64,000 nt of DNA, taken from positions 415,214,001-415,278,000 of the forward strand of contig OZ024741.1 of the NCBI GenBank assembly GCA_964016885.1, read 5' to 3'. The DNA is from Eledone cirrhosa (Eukaryota). The notes under the pieces are model-generated. The model searched no databases. It had not been told where the DNA came from and saw only the letters and a program-made list of their open reading frames with translations. Both the position numbers and the translations under genes were made by a program. The first letter of the stretch is position 1. Each line of letters opens with the position of its first letter. Of this stretch, positions 1 to 15,000 are shown piece after piece.

Positions 1-3000
1 CCTCTTTCTGTTTAAACCATCTGTATCTGCCCAGAATTCCCTCACTTCTTTCTGTTCAAACCAGCTGTATCTGCCCAGAATTCCCTCACCTCTTTCTGTT
101 TACACCTTCTGTATATGCCCAGAATTTTCTCACCTCTTTCTGTTCAAAGCAGCTGTATCTGCCCAGAATTCCCTCACTTCTTTCTGTTGAAACCAGCTGT
201 ATCTGCCCAGAATTCCCTCACCTCTTTCTGTTCAAACCAGCTGTATCTGGCCAGAATTCCCTCACCTCTTTCTGTTCAAATCATCTGTATCTGCCCAGAA
301 TTCTCTCACTTCTTTCTGTTCAAACCAGCAATATTTGCCCAGAATTCCCTCACCTCTTTCTGTTCAAACCAGCTGTATCTGACCAGAATTCTCTCACTTC
401 ATTCTGTTCAAACCAGCTGTATCTGACCAGAATTCTCTCACCTCTTTCTGTTCAAACCAGCTGTATCTGACCAGAATTCTCTCACCTCTTTCTTTTCAAA
501 CCAGCTGTATCTGCCCAGAATTCTCTCACCTGTTTCTGTTCAAATCAGCTGCATCTGGTCAGAATTCTCTCACTTCTTTCTGTTCAAACCAGCTGTTTCT
601 GCCCAGAATTCCCTCACTTCTTTCTGTTCAAACCAGCTGTATCTGCCCAGAATTCCCTCACCTCTTTCTGTTCACAACAGCTGTATCTGCCCAGAATTCC
701 CTCACTTCTTTCTGTTCAAACCAGCTGTATCTGCCCAGAATTCTCTCACCTGTTTATGTTCAAACCAGCTGTATCTGGTCAGAATTCTCTCACTTCTTTC
801 TGTTTAAACCAGCTGTATCTGGCCAGAATTCTCTCAATTTATTTCTGTTCACACCAGCTGTATCTGACCAGAATTCCCTCACCTCTTTCTGTTCAAACCA
901 GCTGTATCTGACCAGAATTCTCTCACTTCTTTCTGTTCAAACCAGCTGTATCTGCCCAGAATTCCCTCACCTCTTTCTGTTCAAACCAGCCGTATCTGCC
1001 CAGAATTCTCTTACCTCTTTCTGTTCAAACCAGCTGTATCTGCCCAGAATTCCCTCACCTCTTTCTGTTCAAACCAGCTGTATCTGACCAGAATTCTCTC
1101 ACCTGTTTCTGTTCAAACCAGCTTTATCTGGCCAGAATTTTCTCACTTCTTTCTGTTCAAACCAGCTGTGTCTGACCAGAATTCTCTCACTTCTTTCTGT
1201 TCAAACCATCTGTATCTGACCAGAATTCCCTCTCCGCTTTCTGTTTAAACCATCTGTAACTGCCCAGAATTCTGTCACTTCTTTCTGTTCAAACCAGCTG
1301 TATCTGACCAGAATTCTCTCACTTCATTCTGTTCAACCCAGCTGTATCTGACCAGAATTCTCTCACCTCTTTCTGTTCAAACCAGCTGTATCTGCCCAGA
1401 ATTTCCTCACTTATTTCTGTTCAAACCAGCTGTATCTGCCCAGAAATCCCTCACCTCTTTCTGTTTAAACCAGCTGTATCTGGCCAGAATTCCCTCACTT
1501 CTTTCTGTTTAAACCTTCTGTATATGCCCACAATTTTCTCACCTCTTTCTGTTCAAACCAGCTGTATCTGACCAGAATTCTCTCACCTATTTCTGTTCAA
1601 ACCAGCCATATCTGCCCAGAATTCCCTCACCTCTTTCTGTTCAAACCAGCTGTATCTGACCAGAATTCTCTCACTTCTTTCTTTTCAAACCAGCTGTTTC
1701 TGCCCAGAATTCTCTCACCTCTTTCTGTTCAAACCAGCTGTGTCTGCCCAGAATTCCCTCACCTCTATTTGTTCAAACCAGCTGTATCTGACCAGCATTC
1801 CCTCACCTCTTTCTGTTCAAACCAGCTGTATCTGGCCAGAATTCTCTTACCTCTTTCTGTTCAAACCAGCTGTATCTGCCCAGAATTCCCTCACTTCTTT
1901 CTGTTCAAACCAGCTGTATCTGCCCAGAGTTCCCTCACCTCTTTCTGTTCAAACCAGCTCTATTAGACCAGCATTCCCTCACCTCTTTCTGTTCAAACCA
2001 GCTGTATCTGGCCAGAATTCCCTCACCTCTTTCTGTTTAAACCAGCTGTATCTGGCCAGAATTCTCTCACTTGTTTCTGTTCAAACCAGCTGTATCTGGT
2101 CAGAATTCTCTCACTTATTTCCGTTTAAACCAGCTGTATCTGGCCAGATTTCTCTCACTTCTTTTTATTCAAACCAGCTGTATATGACCAGAATTCTCTC
2201 ACTTCTTTCTGTTCAAACCAGCTGTATCTGCCCAGAATTCCTTCTCCTCTTTCTGTTCAAACCAGCTGTATCTGACAAGAATTCCCTCTCCTCTTTCTGT
2301 TTAAACCATCTGTATCTGCCCAGAATTCTGTCACTTCTTTCTGTTCAAACCAGCTGTATCTGCCCAGAATTCCCTCACCGCTTTCTGTTCAAACCAGCTG
2401 TATCTGCCCAGAATTCCCTCACCTCTTTCTGTTTAAACCTTCTGTATATGCCCAGAATGTTCTCACCTCTTTCTGTTCAAAGCAGCTGTATCTGCCCAGA
2501 ATTCCCTCACTTCTTTCTGTTCAAACCAGCTGTATCTGACCAGCATTCCCTCACCTCTTTCTGTTCAAACCAGCTGTATCTGGCCAGAATTCTCTTACCT
2601 CTTTCTGTTCAAACCAGCTGTATCTGCCCAGAATTCCCTCACCTCTTTCTGTTCAAACCAGCTGTATCTGGCCAGAATTCCATCACCTCTTTCCGTTCAA
2701 ATCATCTGTATCTGCCCAGAATTCTCTCACTTCTTTCTGTTCAAACCAGCTGTATCTGACCAGAATTCCCTCACCTCTTTCTGTTTACACCTTCTGTATA
2801 TGCCCAGAATTTTCTCACCTCTTTCTGTTCAAAGCAGCTGTATCTGCCCAGAATTCCCTCACTTCTTTCTGTTCAAACCAGCTGTATCTGCCCAGAATTC
2901 CCTCACCTCTTTCTGTTCAAACCAGCTGTATCTGGCCAGAATTCCCTCACCTCTTTCTGTTCAAATCATCTGTATCTGCCCAGAATTCTCTCACTTCTTT

Positions 3001-6000
3001 CTGTTCAAACCAGCGATATCTGCCCAGAATTCCCTCACCTCTTTCTGTTCAAACCAGCTGTATCTGACCAGAATTCTCTCACTTCATTCTGTTCAAACCA
3101 GCTGTATCTGACCAGAATTCTCTCACCTCTTTCTGTTCAAACCAGCTGTATCTGACCAGAATTCTCTCACCTCTTTCTTTTCAAACCAGCTGTATCTGCC
3201 CAGAATTCTCTCACCTGTTTCTGTTCAAATCAGCTGCATCTGGTCAGAATTCTCTCACTTCTTTCTGTTTAAACCAGCTGTATCTGGTCAGAATTCTCTC
3301 ACTTCTTTCTGTTCAAACCAGCTGTATGTGACCAGAATTCCCTCACCTCTTTCTGTTCAAACCAGCTGTATCTGCCCAGAATTCCCTCACCTCTTTCTGT
3401 TCACAACAGCTGTATCTGCCCAGAATTCCCTCACTTCTTTCTGTTCAAACCAGCTGTATCTGCCCAGAATTCTCTCACCTGTTTATGTTCAAACCAGCTG
3501 TATCTGGTCAGAATTCTCTCACTTCTTTCTGTTTAAACCAGCTGTATCTGGCCAGAATTCTCTCAATTTATTTCTGTTCACACCAGCTGTATCTGACCAG
3601 AATTCCCTCACCTCTTTCTGTTCAAACCAGCTGTATCTGACCAGAATTCTCTCACTTCTTTCTGTTCAAACCAGCTGTATCTGCCCAGAATTCCCTCACC
3701 TCTTTCTGTTCAAACCAGCCGTATCTGCCCAGAATTCTCTTACCTCTTTCTGTTCAAACCAGCTGTATCTGCCCAGAATTCCCTCACCTCTTTCTGTTCA
3801 AACCAGCTGTATCTGACCAGAATTCTCTCACCTGTTTCTGTTCAAACCAGCTGTATCTGGCCAGAATTTTCTCACTTCTTTCTGTTCAAACCAGCTGTGT
3901 CTGACCAGAATTCTCTCACTTCTTTCTGTTCAAACCAGCTGTATCTGCCCAGAAATCCCTCACCTCTTTCTGTTCAAACCAGCTGTATCTGCCCAGAATT
4001 CTCTCACCTCATTCGGTTCAAACCAGCTGTATCTGTCCAGAATTCCCTCACCTCTTTTTGTTCAAACCAGCCGTATCTGCCCAGAATTCCCTCACCTCTT
4101 TCTTTTTAAACCAGCTGTATCTGACCACAATTCTCTCACTTCTTTCTGTTCAAACCAGCTGTATCTGGTCAGAATTCTCTCACTTATTTCCGTTTAAACC
4201 AGCTGTATCTCGCCAGATTTCTCTCACTTCTTTTTATTCAAACCAGCTGTATCTGCCCAGAATTCCTTCTCCTCTTTCTCTTCAAACCAGCTGTATCTGA
4301 CCAGAATTCCCTCTCCTCTTTCTGTTTAAACCATCTGTATCTGCCCAGAATTCTGTCACTTCTTTCTGTTCAAACCAGCTGTATCTGCCCAGAATTCCCT
4401 CACCTCTTTCTGTTTAAACCTTCTGTATATGCCCAGAATGTTCTCACCTCTTTCTGTTCAAAGCAGCTGTATCTGCCCAGAATTCCCTCACCTCTTTCTG
4501 TTCAAACCAGCTGTATCTGGCCAGAATTCCCTTACCTCTTTCCGTTCAAATCATCTGTATCTGCCCAGAATTCTCTCACTTCTTTCTGTTCAAACCAGCT
4601 GTATCTGACCAGAATTCTCTCACTTCATTCTGTTTACACCTTCTGTATATGCCCAGAATTTTCTCACCTCTTTCTGTTCAAAGCAGCTGTATCTGCCCAG
4701 AATTCCCTCACTTCTTTCTGTTCAAATCAGCTGTATCTGCCCAGAATTCCCTCACCTCTTTCTGTTCAAACCAGCTGTATCTGGCCTGAATTCCCTCACC
4801 TCTTTCTGTTCAAATCATCTGTATCTGCCCAGAATTCTCTCACTTCTTTCTGTTCAAACCAGCGATATCTGCCCAGAATTCCCTCACCTCTTTCTGTTCA
4901 AACCAGCTGTATCTGACCAGAATTCTCTCACTTCATTCTGTTCAAACCAGCTGTATCTGACCAGAATTCTCTCACCTCTTTCTGTTCAAACCAGCTGTAT
5001 CTGACCATAATTCTCTCACCTCTTTCTTTTCAAACCAGCTGTATCTGCCCAGAATTCTCTCACCTCATTCTGTTCAAACCAGCTGTATCTGTCCAGAATT
5101 CCCTCACCTCTTTCTGTTCAAACCAGCCGTATCTGCCCAGAATTCCCTCACCTCTTTCTTTTTAAACCAGCTGTATCTGACCACAATTCTCTCACTTCTT
5201 TCTGTTCAAACCAGCTGTATCTGGTCAGAATTCTCTCACTTATTTCCGTTTAAACCAGCTGTATCTCGCCAGATTTCTCTCACTTCTTTTTATTGAAACC
5301 AGCTGTATCTGCCCAGAATTCCTTCTCCTCTTTCTGTTCAAACCAGCTGTATCTGACCAGAATTCCCTCTCCTCTTTCTGTTTAAACCATCTGTATCTGC
5401 CCAGAATTCTGTCACTTCTTTCTGTTCAAACCAGCTGTATCTGCCCAGAATTCCCTCACCTCTTTCTGTTTAAACCTTCTGTATATGCCCAGAATGTTCT
5501 CACCTCTTTCTGTTCAAAGCAGCTGTATCTGCCCAGAATTCCCTCACTTCTTTCTGTTCAAACCAGCTGTATCTGCCCAGAATTCCCTCACCTCTTTCTG
5601 TTCAAACCAGCTGTATCTGGCCAGAATTCCCTTACCTCTTTCCGTTCAAATCATCTGTATCTGCCCAGAATTCTCTCACTTCTTTCTGTTCAAACCAGCT
5701 GTATCTGACCAGAATTCTCTCACTTCATTCTGTTCAAACCAGCTGTATCTGACCAGAATTCTCTCACCTCTTTCTGTTCAAACCAGCTGTATCTGCCCAG
5801 AATTCCCTCACTTCTTTCTGTTCAAACCAGCTGTATCTGCCCAGAAATCCCTCACCTCTTTCTGTTCAAACCAGCTGTATCTGCCCAGAATTCTCTCACC
5901 TCATTCTGTTCAAACCAGCTGTATCTGCCCAGAATTCCCTCACCTCTTTCTTTTCAAACCAGCTGTATCTGACCAGAATTCTCTCACTTCTTTCTGTTAA

Positions 6001-9000
6001 AACCAGCTGTATCTGGCCAGAATTCTCTCACTTCTTTCTGTTCAAACCAGCTGTATCTGACCAGAATTCTCTCACCTCTTTCTGTTCAAACCAGCTGTAT
6101 CTGCCCAGAATTCTCTCACCTCTTTCTATTCAAACCAGCTGTATCTGGCCAGAATTCCCTTACCTCTTTCCGTTCAAATCATCTGTATCTGCCCAGAATT
6201 CTCTCACTTCTTTCTGTTCAAACCAGCTGTATCTGACCAGAATTCTCTCACTTCATTCTGTTCAAACCAGCTGTATCTGACCAGAATTCTCTCACCTCTT
6301 TCTGTTCAAACCAGCTGTATCTGCCCAGAATTCCCTCACTTCTTTCTGTTCAAACCAGCTGTATCTGCCCAGAAATCCCTCACCTCTTTCTGTTCAAACC
6401 AGCTGTATCTGCCCAGAATTCTCTCACCTCATTCTGTTCAAACCAGCTGTATCTGCCCAGAATTCCCTCACCTCTTTCTTTTCAAACCAGCTGTATCTGA
6501 CCAGAATTCTCTCACTTCTTTCTGTTAAAACCAGCTGTATCTGGCCAGAATTCTCTCACTTCTTTCTGTTCAAACCAGCTGTATCTGACCAGAATTCTCT
6601 CACTTCTTTCTGTTCAAACCAGCTGTATCTGCCCAGAATTCTCTCACCTCTTTCTATTCAAACCAGCTGTATCTGGCCAGAATTCTCTCACTTCTTTCTG
6701 TTTAAACCAGCTGTATCTGGCCAGAATTCTCTCACCTCTTTCTGTTCAAACCAGCCGTATCTGCCCAGAATTCCCTCACCTCATTCTGTTCAAACCATCT
6801 GTATCTGACCAGAATTCCCTCTCCTCTTTCTGTTTAAACCATCTGTATCTGCCCAGAATTCTGTCACTTCTTTCTGTTCAAACCAGCTGTATCTGCCCAG
6901 AATTCCCTCACCTCTTTCTGTTTACACCTTCTGTATATGCCCAGAATTTTCTCACCTCTTTCTGTTCAAAGCAGCTGTATCTGCCCAGAATTCCCTCACT
7001 TCTTTCTGTTGAAACCAGCTGTATCTGCCCAGAATTCCCTCACCTCTTTCTGTTCAAACCAGCTGTATCTGGCCAGAATTCCCTCACCTCTTTCTGTTCA
7101 AATCATCTGTATCTGCCCAGAATTCTCTCACTTCTTTCTGTTCAAACCAGCGATATCTGCCCAGAATTCCCTCACCTCTTTCTGTTCAAACCAGCTGTAT
7201 CTGACCAGAATTCTCTCACTTCATTCTGTTCAAACCAGCTGTATCTGACCAGAATTCTCTCACCTCTTTCTGTTCAAACCAGCTGTTTCTGACCAGAATT
7301 CTCTCACCTCTTTCTTTTCAAACCAGCTGTATCTGCCCAGAATTCTCTCACCTGTTTCTGTTCAAATCAGCTGCATCTGGTCAGAATTCTCTCACTTCTT
7401 TCTGTTCAAACCAGCTGTATCTGACCAGAATTCCCTCACGTCTTTCTGTTCAAACCAGCTGTTTCTGCCCAGAATTCCCTCACTTCTTTCTGTTCAAACC
7501 AGCTGTATCTGCCCAGAATTCCCTCACCTCTTTCTGTTCACAACAGCTGTATCTGCCCAGAATTCCCTCACTTCTTTCTGTTCAAACCAGCTGTATCTGC
7601 CCAGAATTCTCTCACCTGTTTATGTTCAAACCAGCTGTATCTGGTCAGAATTCTCTCACTTCTTTCTGTTTAAACCAGCTGTATCTGGCCAGAATTCTCT
7701 CAATTTATTTCTGTTCACACCAGCTGTATCTGACCAGAATTCCCTCACCTCTTTCTGTTCAAACCAGCTGTATCTGACCAGAATTCTCTCACTTCTTTCT
7801 GTTCAAACCAGCTGTATCTGCCCAGAATTCCCTCACCTCTTTCTGTTCAAACCAGCCGTATCTGCCCAGAATTCTCTTACCTCTTTCTGTTCAAACCAGC
7901 TGTATCTGCCCAGAATTCCCTCACCTCTTTCTGTTCAAACCAGCTGTATCTGACCAGAATTCTCTCACCTGTTTCTGTTCAAACCAGCTTTATCTGGCCA
8001 GAATTTTCTCACTTCTTTCTGTTCAAACCAGCTGTGTCTGACCAGAATTCTCTCACTTCTTTCTGTTCAAACCATCTGTATCTGACCAGAATTCCCTCTC
8101 CTCTTTCTGTTTAAACCATCTGTATCTGCCCAGAATTCTGTCACTTCTTTCTGTTCAAACCAGCTGTATCTGACCAGAATTTTCTCACTTCATTCTGTTC
8201 AACCCAGCTGTATCTGACCAGAATTCTCTCACCTCTTTCTGTTCAAACCAGCTGTATCTGCCCAGAATTTCCTCACTTATTTCTGTTCAAACCAGCTGTA
8301 TCTGCCCAGAAATCCCTCACCTCTTTCTGTTTAAACCAGCTGTATCTGGCCAGAATTCCCTCACTTCTTTCTGTTTAAACCTTCTGTATATGCCCACAAT
8401 TTTCTCACCTCTTTCTGTTCAAACCAGCTGTATCTGACCATAATTCTCTCACCTCTTTCTTTTCAAACCAGCTGTATCTGCCCAGAATTCTCTCACCTGT
8501 TTCTGTTCAAATCAGCTGCATCTGGTCAGAATTCTCTCACTTCTTTCTGTTTAAACCAGCTGTATCTGGTCAGAATTCTCTCACTTCTTTCTGTTCAAAC
8601 CAGCTGTATGTGACCAGAATTCCCTCACCTCTTTCTGTTCAAACCAGCTGTATCTGCCCAGAATTCCCTCACCTCTTTCTGTTCACAACAGCTGTATCTG
8701 CCCAGAATTCCCTCCCTTCTTTCTGTTCAAACCAGCTGTATCTGCCCAGAATTCTCTCACCTGTTTATGTTCAAACCAGCTGTATCTGGTCAGAATTCTC
8801 TCACTTCTTTCTGTTTAAACCAGCTGTATCTGGCCAGAATTCTCTCAATTTATTTCTGTTCACACCAGCTGTATCTGACCAGAATTCCCTCACCTCTTTC
8901 TGTTCAAACCAGCTGTATCTGACCAGAATTCTCTCACTTCTTTCTGTTCAAACCAGCTGTATCTGCCCAGAATTCCCTCACCTCTTTCTGTTCAAACCAG

Positions 9001-12000
9001 CCGTATCTGCCCAGAATTCTCTTACCTCTTTCTGTTCAAACCAGCTGTATCTGCCCAGAATTCCCTCACCTCTTTCTGTTCAAACCAGCTGTATCTGACC
9101 AGAATTCTCTCACCTGTTTCTGTTCAAACCAGCTGTATCTGGCCAGAATTTTCTCACTTCTTTCTGTTCAAACCAGCTGTGTCTGACCAGAATTCTCTCA
9201 CTTCTTTCTGTTCAAACCAGCTGTATCTGCCCAGAAATCCCTCACCACTTTCTGTTCAAACCAGCTGTATCTGCCCAGAATTCTCTCACCTCATTCTGTT
9301 CAAACCAGCTGTATCTGTCCAGAATTCCCTCACCTCTTTCTGTTCAAACCAGCCGTATCTGCCCAGAATTCCCTCACCTCTTTCTTTTTAAACCAGCTGT
9401 ATCTGACCACAATTCTCTCACTTCTTTCTGTTCAAACCAGCTGTATCTGGTCAGAATTCTCTCACTTATTTCCGTTTAAACCAGCTGTATCTCGCCAGAT
9501 TTCTCTCACTTCTTTTTATTGAAACCAGCTGTATCTGCCCAGAATTCCTTCTCCTCTTTCTGTTCAAACCAGCTGTATCTGACCAGAATTCCCTCTCCTC
9601 TTTCTGTTTAAACCATCTGTATCTGCCCAGAATTCTGTCACCTCTTTCTTTTCAAACCAGCTGTATCTGGCCAGAATTCCCTTACCTCTTTCCGTTCAAA
9701 TCATCTGTATCTGCCCAGAATTCTCTCACTTCTTTCTGTTCAAACCAGCTGTATCTGACCAGAATTCTCTCACTTCATTCTGTTCAAACCAGCTGTATCT
9801 GACCAGAATTCTCTCACCTCTTTCTGTTCAAACCAGCTGTATCTGCCCAGAATTCCCTCACTTCTTTCTGTTCAAACCAGCTGTATCTGCCCAGAAATCC
9901 CTCACCTCTTTCTGTTCAAACCAGCTGTATCTGCCCAGAATTCTCTCACCTCATTCTGTTCAAACCAGCTGTATCTGCCCAGAATTCCCTCACCTCTTTC
10001 TTTTCAAACCAGCTGTATCTGACCAGAATTCTCTCACTTCTTTCTGTTAAAACCAGCTGTATCTGGCCAGAATTCTCTCACTTCTTTCTGTTCAAACCAG
10101 CTGTATCTGACCAGAATTCTCTCACCTCTTTCTGTTCAAACCAGCTGTATCTGCCCAGAATTCTCTCACCTCTTTCTATTCAAACCAGCTGTATCTGGCC
10201 AGAATTCCCTTACCTCTTTCCGTTCAAATCATCTGTATCTGCCCAGAATTCTCTCACTTCTTTCTGTTCAAACCAGCTGTATCTGACCAGAATTCTCTCA
10301 CTTCATTCTGTTCAAACCAGCTGTATCTGACCAGAATTCTCTCACCTCTTTCTGTTCAAACCAGCTGTATCTGCCCAGAATTCCCTCACTTCTTTCTGTT
10401 CAAACCAGCTGTATCTGCCCAGAAATCCCTCACCTCTTTCTGTTCAAACCAGCTGTATCTGCCCAGAATTCTCTCACCTCATTCTGTTCAAACCAGCTGT
10501 ATCTGCCCAGAATTCCCTCACCTCTTTCTTTTCAAACCAGCTGTATCTGACCAGAATTCTCTCACTTCTTTCTGTTAAAACCAGCTGTATCTGGCCAGAA
10601 TTCTCTCACTTCTTTCTGTTCAAACCAGCTGTATCTGACCAGAATTCTCTCACTTCTTTCTGTTCAAACCAGCTGTATCTGCCCAGAATTCTCTCACCTC
10701 TTTCTATTCAAACCAGCTGTATCTGGCCAGAATTCTCTCACTTCTTTCTGTTTAAACCAGCTGTATCTGGCCAGAATTCTCTCACCTCTTTCTGTTCAAA
10801 CCAGCCGTATCTGCCCAGAATTCCCTCACCTCATTCTGTTCAAACCATCTGTATCTGACCAGAATTCCCTCTCCTCTTTCTGTTTAAACCATCTGTATCT
10901 GCCCAGAATTCTGTCACTTCTTTCTGTTCAAACCAGCTGTATCTGCCCAGAATTCCCTCACCTCTTTCTGTTTACACCTTCTGTATATGCCCAGAATTTT
11001 CTCACCTCTTTCTGTTCAAAGCAGCTGTATCTGCCCAGAATTCCCTCACTTCTTTCTGTTGAAACCAGCTGTATCTGCCCAGAATTCCCTCACCTCTTTC
11101 TGTTCAAACCAGCTGTATCTGGCCAGAATTCCCTCACCTCTTTCTGTTCAAATCATCTGTATCTGCCCAGAATTCTCTCACTTCTTTCTGTTCAAACCAG
11201 CGATATCTGCCCAGAATTCCCTCACCTCTTTCTGTTCAAACCAGCTGTATCTGACCAGAATTCTCTCACTTCATTCTGTTCAAACCAGCTGTATCTGACC
11301 AGAATTCTCTCACCTCTTTCTGTTCAAACCAGCTGTATCTGACCAGAATTCTCTCACCTCTTTCTTTTCAAACCAGCTGTATCTGCCCAGAATTCTCTCA
11401 CCTGTTTCTGTTCAAATCAGCTGCATCTGGTCAGAATTCTCTCACTTCTTTCTGTTCAAACCAGCTGTATCTGACCAGAATTCCCTCACCTCTTTCTGTT
11501 CAAACCAGCTGTTTCTGCCCAGAATTCCCTCACTTCTTTCTGTTCAAACCAGCTGTATCTGCCCAGAATTCCCTCACCTCTTTCTGTTCACAACAGCTGT
11601 ATCTGCCCAGAATTCCCTCACTTCTTTCTGTTCAAACCAGCTGTATCTGCCCAGAATTCTCTCACCTGTTTATGTTCAAACCAGCTGTATCTGGTCAGAA
11701 TTCTCTCACTTCTTTCTGTTTAAACCAGCTGTATCTGGCCAGAATTCTCTCAATTTATTTCTGTTCACACCAGCTGTATCTGACCAGAATTCCCTCACCT
11801 CTTTCTGTTCAAACCAGCTGTATCTGACCAGAATTCTCTCACTTCTTTCTGTTCAAACCAGCTGTATCTGCCCAGAATTCCCTCACCTCTTTCTGTTCAA
11901 ACCAGCCGTATCTGCCCAGAATTCTCTTACCTCTTTCTGTTCAAACCAGCTGTATCTGCCCAGAATTCCCTCACCTCTTTCTGTTCAAACCAGCTGTATC

Positions 12001-15000
12001 TGACCAGAATTCTCTCACCTGTTTCTGTTCAAACCAGCTTTATCTGGCCAGAATTTTCTCACTTCTTTCTGTTCAAACCAGCTGTGTCTGACCAGAATTC
12101 TCTCACTTCTTTCTGTTCAAACCATCTGTATCTGACCAGAATTCCCTCTCCTCTTTCTGTTTAAACCATCTGTATCTGCCCAGAATTCTGTCACTTCTTT
12201 CTGTTCAAACCAGCTGTATCTGACCAGAATTTTCTCACTTCATTCTGTTCAACCCAGCTGTATCTGACCAGAATTCTCTCACCTCTTTCTGTTCAAACCA
12301 GCTGTATCTGCCCAGAATTTCCTCACTTATTTCTGTTCAAACCAGCTGTATCTGCCCAGAAATCCCTCACCTCTTTCTGTTTAAACCAGCTGTATCTGGC
12401 CAAAATTCCCTCACTTCTTTCTGTTTAAACCTTCTGTATATGCCCACAATTTTCTCACCTCTTTCTGTTCAAACCAGCTGTATCTGACCAGAATTCTCTC
12501 ACCTATTTCTGTTCAAACCAGCCATATCTGCCCAGAATTCCCTCACCTCTTTCTGTTCAAACCAGCTGTATCTGACCAGAATTCTCTCACTTCTTTCTTT
12601 TCAAACCAGCTGTATCTGCCCAGAATTCTCTCACCTCTTTCTGTTCAAACCAGCTGTGTCTGCCCAGAATTCCCTCACCTCTTTTTGTTCAAACCAGCTG
12701 TATCTGACCAGCATTCCCTCACCTCTTTCTGTTCAAACCAGCTGTATCTGGCCAGAATTCTCTTACCTCTTTCTGTTCAAACCAGCTGTATCTGCCCAGA
12801 ATTCCCTCACTTCTTTCTGTTCAAACCAGCTGTATCTGCCCAGAGTTCCCTCACCTCTTTCTGTTCAAACCAGCTCTATTAGACCAGCATTCCCTCACCT
12901 CTTTCTGTTCAAACCAGCTGTATCTGGCCAGAATTCCCTCACCTCATTCTGTTTAAACCAGCTGTATCTGGCCAGAATTCTCTCACTTGTTTCTGTTCAA
13001 ACCAGCTGTATCTGGTCAGAATTCTCTCACTTATTTCCGTTTAAACCAGCTGTATCTGGCCAGATTTCTCTCACTTCTTTTTATTCAAACCAGCTGTATA
13101 TGACCAGAATTCTCTCACTTCTTTCTGTTCAAACCAGCTGTATCTGCCCAGAATTCCTTCTCCTCTTTCTGTTCAAACCAGCTGTATCTGACCAGAATTC
13201 CCTCTCCTCTTTCTGTTTAAACCATCTGTATCTGCCCAGAATTCTGTCACTTCTTTCTGTTCAAACCAGCTGTATCTGCCCAGAATTCCCTCACCGCTTT
13301 CTGTTCAAACCAGCTGTATCTGCCCAGAATTCCCTCACCTCTTTCTGTTTAAACCTTCTGTATATGCCCAGAATGTTCTCACCTCTTTCTGTTCAAAGCA
13401 GCTGTATCTGCCCAGAATTCCCTCACTTCTTTCTGTTCAAACCAGCTGTATCTGCCCAGAATTCCCTCACCTCTTTCTGTTCAAACCAGCTGTATCTGGC
13501 CAGAATTCCCTCACCTCTTTCCGTTCAAATCATCTGTATCTGCCCAGAATTCTCTCACTTCTTTCTGTTCAAACCAGCTGTATCTGACCAGAATTCCCTC
13601 ACCTCTTTCTGTTTACACCTTCTGTATATGCCCAGAATTTTCTCACCTCTTTCTGTTCAAAGCAGCTGTATCTGCCCAGAATTCCCTCACTTCTTTCTGT
13701 TCAAACCAGCTGTATCTGCCCAGAATTCCCTCACCTCTTTCTGTTCAAACCAGCTGTATCTGGCCAGAATTCCCTCACCTCTTTCCGTTCAAATCATCTG
13801 TATCTGCCCAGAATTCTCTCACTTCTTTCTGTTCAAACCAGCTGTATCTGACCAGAATTCTCTCACTTCTTTCTGTTCAAACCAGCGATATCTGCCCAGA
13901 ATTCCCTCACCTCTTTCTGTTCAAACCAGCTGTATCTGACCAGAATTCTCTCACTTCATTCTGTTCAAACCAGCTGTATCTGACCAGAATTCTCTCACCT
14001 CTTTCTGTTCAAACCAGCTGTATCTGACCAGAATTCTCTCACCTCTTTCTTTTCAAACCAGCTGTATCTGCCCAGAATTCTCTCACCTGTTTCTGTTCAA
14101 ATCAGCTGCATCTGGTCAGAATTCTCTCACTTCTTTCTGTTTAAACCAGCTGTATCTGGTCAGAATTCTCTCACTTCTTTCTGTTCAAACCAGCTGTATG
14201 TGACCAGAATTCCCTCACCTCTTTCTGTTCAAACCAGCTGTATCTGCCCAGAATTCCCTCACCTCTTTCTGTTCACAACAGCTGTATCTGCCCAGAATTC
14301 CCTCACTTCTTTCTGTTCAAACCAGCTGTATCTGACCAGAATTCCCTCACCTCTTTCTGTTTACACCTTCTGTATATGCCCAGAATTTTCTCACCTCTTT
14401 CTGTTCAAAGCAGCTGTATCTGCCCAGAATTCCCTCACTTCTTTCTGTTCAAACCAGCTGTATCTGGTCAGAATTCTCTCACTTCTTTCTGTTTAAACCA
14501 GCTGTATCTGGCCAGAATTCTCTCAATTTATTTCTGTTCACACCAGCTGTATCTGACCAGAATTCCCTCACCTCTTTCTGTTCAAACCAGCTGTATCTGA
14601 CCAGAATTCTCTCACTTCTTTCTGTTCAAACCAGCTGTATCTGCCCAGAATTCCCTCACCTCTTTCTGTTCAAACCAGCCGTATCTGCCCAGAATTCTCT
14701 TACCTCTTTCTGTTCAAACCAGCTGTATCTGCCCAGAATTCCCTCACCTCTTTCTGTTCAAACCAGCTGTATCTGACCAGAATTCTCTCACCTGTTTCTG
14801 TTCAAACCAGCTGTATCTGGCCAGAATTTTCTCACTTCTTTCTGTTCAAACCAGCTGTGTCTGACCAGAATTCTCTCACTTCTTTCTGTTCAAACCAGCT
14901 GTATCTGCCCAGAAATCCCTCACCTCTTTCTGTTCAAACCAGCTGTATCTGCCCAGAATTCTCTCACCTCATTCTGTTCAAACCAGCTGTATCTGTCCAG